Below, in pieces: positions 61,591-64,000 of a stretch of DNA of 64,000 bases. Position numbers and translations under genes: made by a program. Source of the DNA: Chiloscyllium plagiosum (Eukaryota); contig NC_057719.1 of assembly GCF_004010195.1 (NCBI RefSeq), forward strand, positions 10,376,206 through 10,440,205, given 5' to 3'. Below the pieces are notes generated by a model. It had not been told where the DNA came from. It was given only the letters and a program-made list of their open reading frames with translations, and did no database searches. Every line of letters starts with the position of its first letter. Position 1 is the first letter of the stretch.

Positions 61591-63487
61591 ACATCCAAAA
61601 ATAGAATGCTTGTGTGACCTCCAAAGACAAGCTGCACTGTAGAAATGCATCCAGGTTCCTTAAACAGAACCGTCCCTTCATGGGATTTGACCAACTTGAT
61701 GAGGCCAATCCATCGTTTGTTGGTTTTCAGAAACTGGCGATGAGCTGTCGTTTTGAACCATTGCCGTACATGGGCTGTAGGTAGCCCCACAATTGTGTTA
61801 GGGAGAGAGTTCATAATCTTAGAGTAATACAGTATGGAAACAGGCCTTTCAGCCCAAACTGGTCCATGCTGACCATGATACCCACTCAGCTAGTTGCTGC
61901 ATTCTAAGGTTTTGTTCCTAGCTCAGAGAAGCTTTAAGTTTTAAGTCAGAATGATGTGTGGCTTGGGTGGGATCTTCCAGGGAATAGTGCTCTCGTGTTA
62001 TCTGCTACCTGCACCCTTCAGGGCATGCAGGTTGCAGGTTTAGAAGGTGCTGTCAAAGAAAGCTTGGGAGTGGGGTTACAGTAGTGCTGTCACACTGCTT
62101 TCATTGTGTGGACTTGGTCAATCTTTAATGAATGTCTAATAAAGCATCAATCATGGAGGCTACTTTACTGTGGGTGGTATCAAACATTTTGAATGCCATT
62201 GGAGTGCCAGGCAAATGGAGAGTATTTTGTCACACTCCTGACTTGTGCCTTGTGCACAGCAGAGGTGAATTACTCACCGGGGAATTTGCAGCCTCTGACC
62301 ACAGTACTTATATGGCAGGTGGAGGCATGATGGGCCAAATGGCCTCCTTCTGTACCATAACAACGCAGTGGCTCGGTGGTACACTTCAGTTTCTGGTTAA
62401 TGATAACTTCCAGGATGTTGGCAGTCGGGGATCCCCACTGAATGTCAGGAAAAGGTGGTTGGTTTCTCTCTGGTTGGAGATGGCATTTCTGTGGTATGAA
62501 TAAACTTTTTCACATGCTAGTTAGCAGCCCACACCTGAATGATGCCCGGATCTTGATGCACATAAATACAGAATACAGCTACATTTTGAGAGTGCACGCT
62601 CGTCAGCCAATTGACTTCCTGACAAAAACAAAATTGTTGACAAAGAACATGCTTTTGTAGCATTTGGTAAGGAAAGGCCCATTGAATTCTGAACTGTAAA
62701 TTTAGATTAGAAATTTATATAATAACTAAATGCAAATATACAATCAAATTAAACATTGAACTACAAAATAGATGACTGCCATTGAATACTGTGCTATTTG
62801 TTAAAAGGCACCAGAGTCTGAAACCAAATAACTGATCTTGACAACATTTTGTTTTAGGACATGGTGAAACTGAATAATATCAAGCCATGCTAATAAAATA
62901 CTCCATTACTGTGGAAGATGAAGAAACAACACAAACCACATAGACAAAGCAAGAGAGTATAAGTCGGAAAAATCATGGATTCAAACTCTGCAACTGCTCT
63001 GTGCAGACCACACCTTGGAAACCAAGACACATGAGAATAATGGCAAGCAAAGGCACAGGGCAGAACCACAGCTGCAAGGTACAACTGAAGAAGGCCGAGC
63101 CCCACAACCTTGAATTGCAGGTAACTAGGAGGCGATTCTCAAGGGCTAATCAAAATAACAATTCGTGTGGAAAATGCAAACCTAAGATAAACTGTGACAG
63201 TGGGACAAAGGCTGATTTTTTAAATTGAAAAATCAGATGCAGATTTAGACCTGCAATGAGATGCTGGAAGCTCGTACTTCCTCATTAGCCTCTTGGACTA
63301 TAACCTGGTGTTGTGTGATTTTTAACTTTGAATAGCATAGACTGAACAGCCCTGAAACACTGAACAATAGGTTCTTTTGGATGACTGAGCAAGGTTTTTC
63401 TTGTCTTTTGTCTATTTTATGTTCTTATTTGGGACAGAAGCAGACACTGGGCGAAGGGAGAAGAGAAAAATAAAAGTCTCTATACTG

Positions 63488-63608
63488 ATGTGGAGGTGCC
63501 GGTATTGGGCTGAGATGAACAAAGTCAGAAGTCACACGATACCAAGTTATAGTCCAACAGGTTTAGTTGAAATCACAAGCTTTAGGAGCGCTGCTCCTTC
63601 ATCAAGTG
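63488..63608 (-). mobile_element. Single-arm remnant of the 58166-58403 family
   Basis: GTCACACGATACCAAGTTATAGTCCAACAGGTTT...AGCTTTAGGAGCGCTGCTCCTTCATCAAGTG. Another short piece lies at ~63293-63330. Confidence 0.7.
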
Positions 63609-64000
63609 AAATGGAATATTCAAAGTCAAGGAAGGCAAGAATAGACTTGTTGGTTAATGGCGTGTAATTAAATAGTTGCCAGACACTAGCTGCTCTGGTT
63701 CACATGAGCAGTTGAGAAGTTAGACATCTATTAGAGCTTGTGTTGCTGCATCTCCGTATTAGAAAACCCTCAAAGCTCAATAGTAAGCAATGGTTTAGAG
63801 AATAGGGAAGGCTATTTATCAAACATGAGCATTACTGAATTAAAATGCTGTTGAAGAGTTCCATCTTGCAATCATCAGTACAGTGGCAAGAATGTCAAAT
63901 TTCAAAAGGAATCTCCCAAATTTAGCCTTGTTCTTAGCAATATGAAAGGTTTCTCCTAATAATGCATTATGCATTTATTATTGACATAAACACTATTATA

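Noticed and set aside
62890..63240. Possible gag or zinc-knuckle remnant (…NSCGKC…)
   Set aside because: Too decayed; no complete CCHC motif, so not supportable by eye.

Overview
This is vertebrate genomic DNA, almost certainly from a cartilaginous fish (shark). The evidence is the many HE1-type V-SINEs with (TAATC)n tails, the CR1/HER1-type LINE 3' ends and the Deu-domain SINEs. I can support no host protein-coding gene; the window looks intronic or intergenic, and the ORFs I can recognise in the track derive from repeats. Three things dominate. (1) A ~15.5-kb satellite at 34528-50015 built on a 23-bp unit. It has an apparently perfect ~180-copy core, a diverged 46-bp dimer zone, a ~2.2-kb internal inversion, two SINE insertions and one Penelope insertion. 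(2) A dense set of Penelope-like element (PLE) remnants whose terminal repeats carry minimal type-I hammerhead ribozyme motifs (CUGANGA-N-stemII-GAAA-palindromic helix III-NUH). At least six sequence families are present, with co-varying stems. Many copies are 150-250 bp head-to-head palindromes, and five have 13-16 bp target-site duplications. (3) The usual shark repeat background: CR1 fragments (including an uncommon 5'/ORF1 fragment), a Rex1-like 3' end, solo LTRs, a Tc1/mariner-pogo-like element and several SINE families. Coordinates were read by eye and boundaries of old repeats are approximate.
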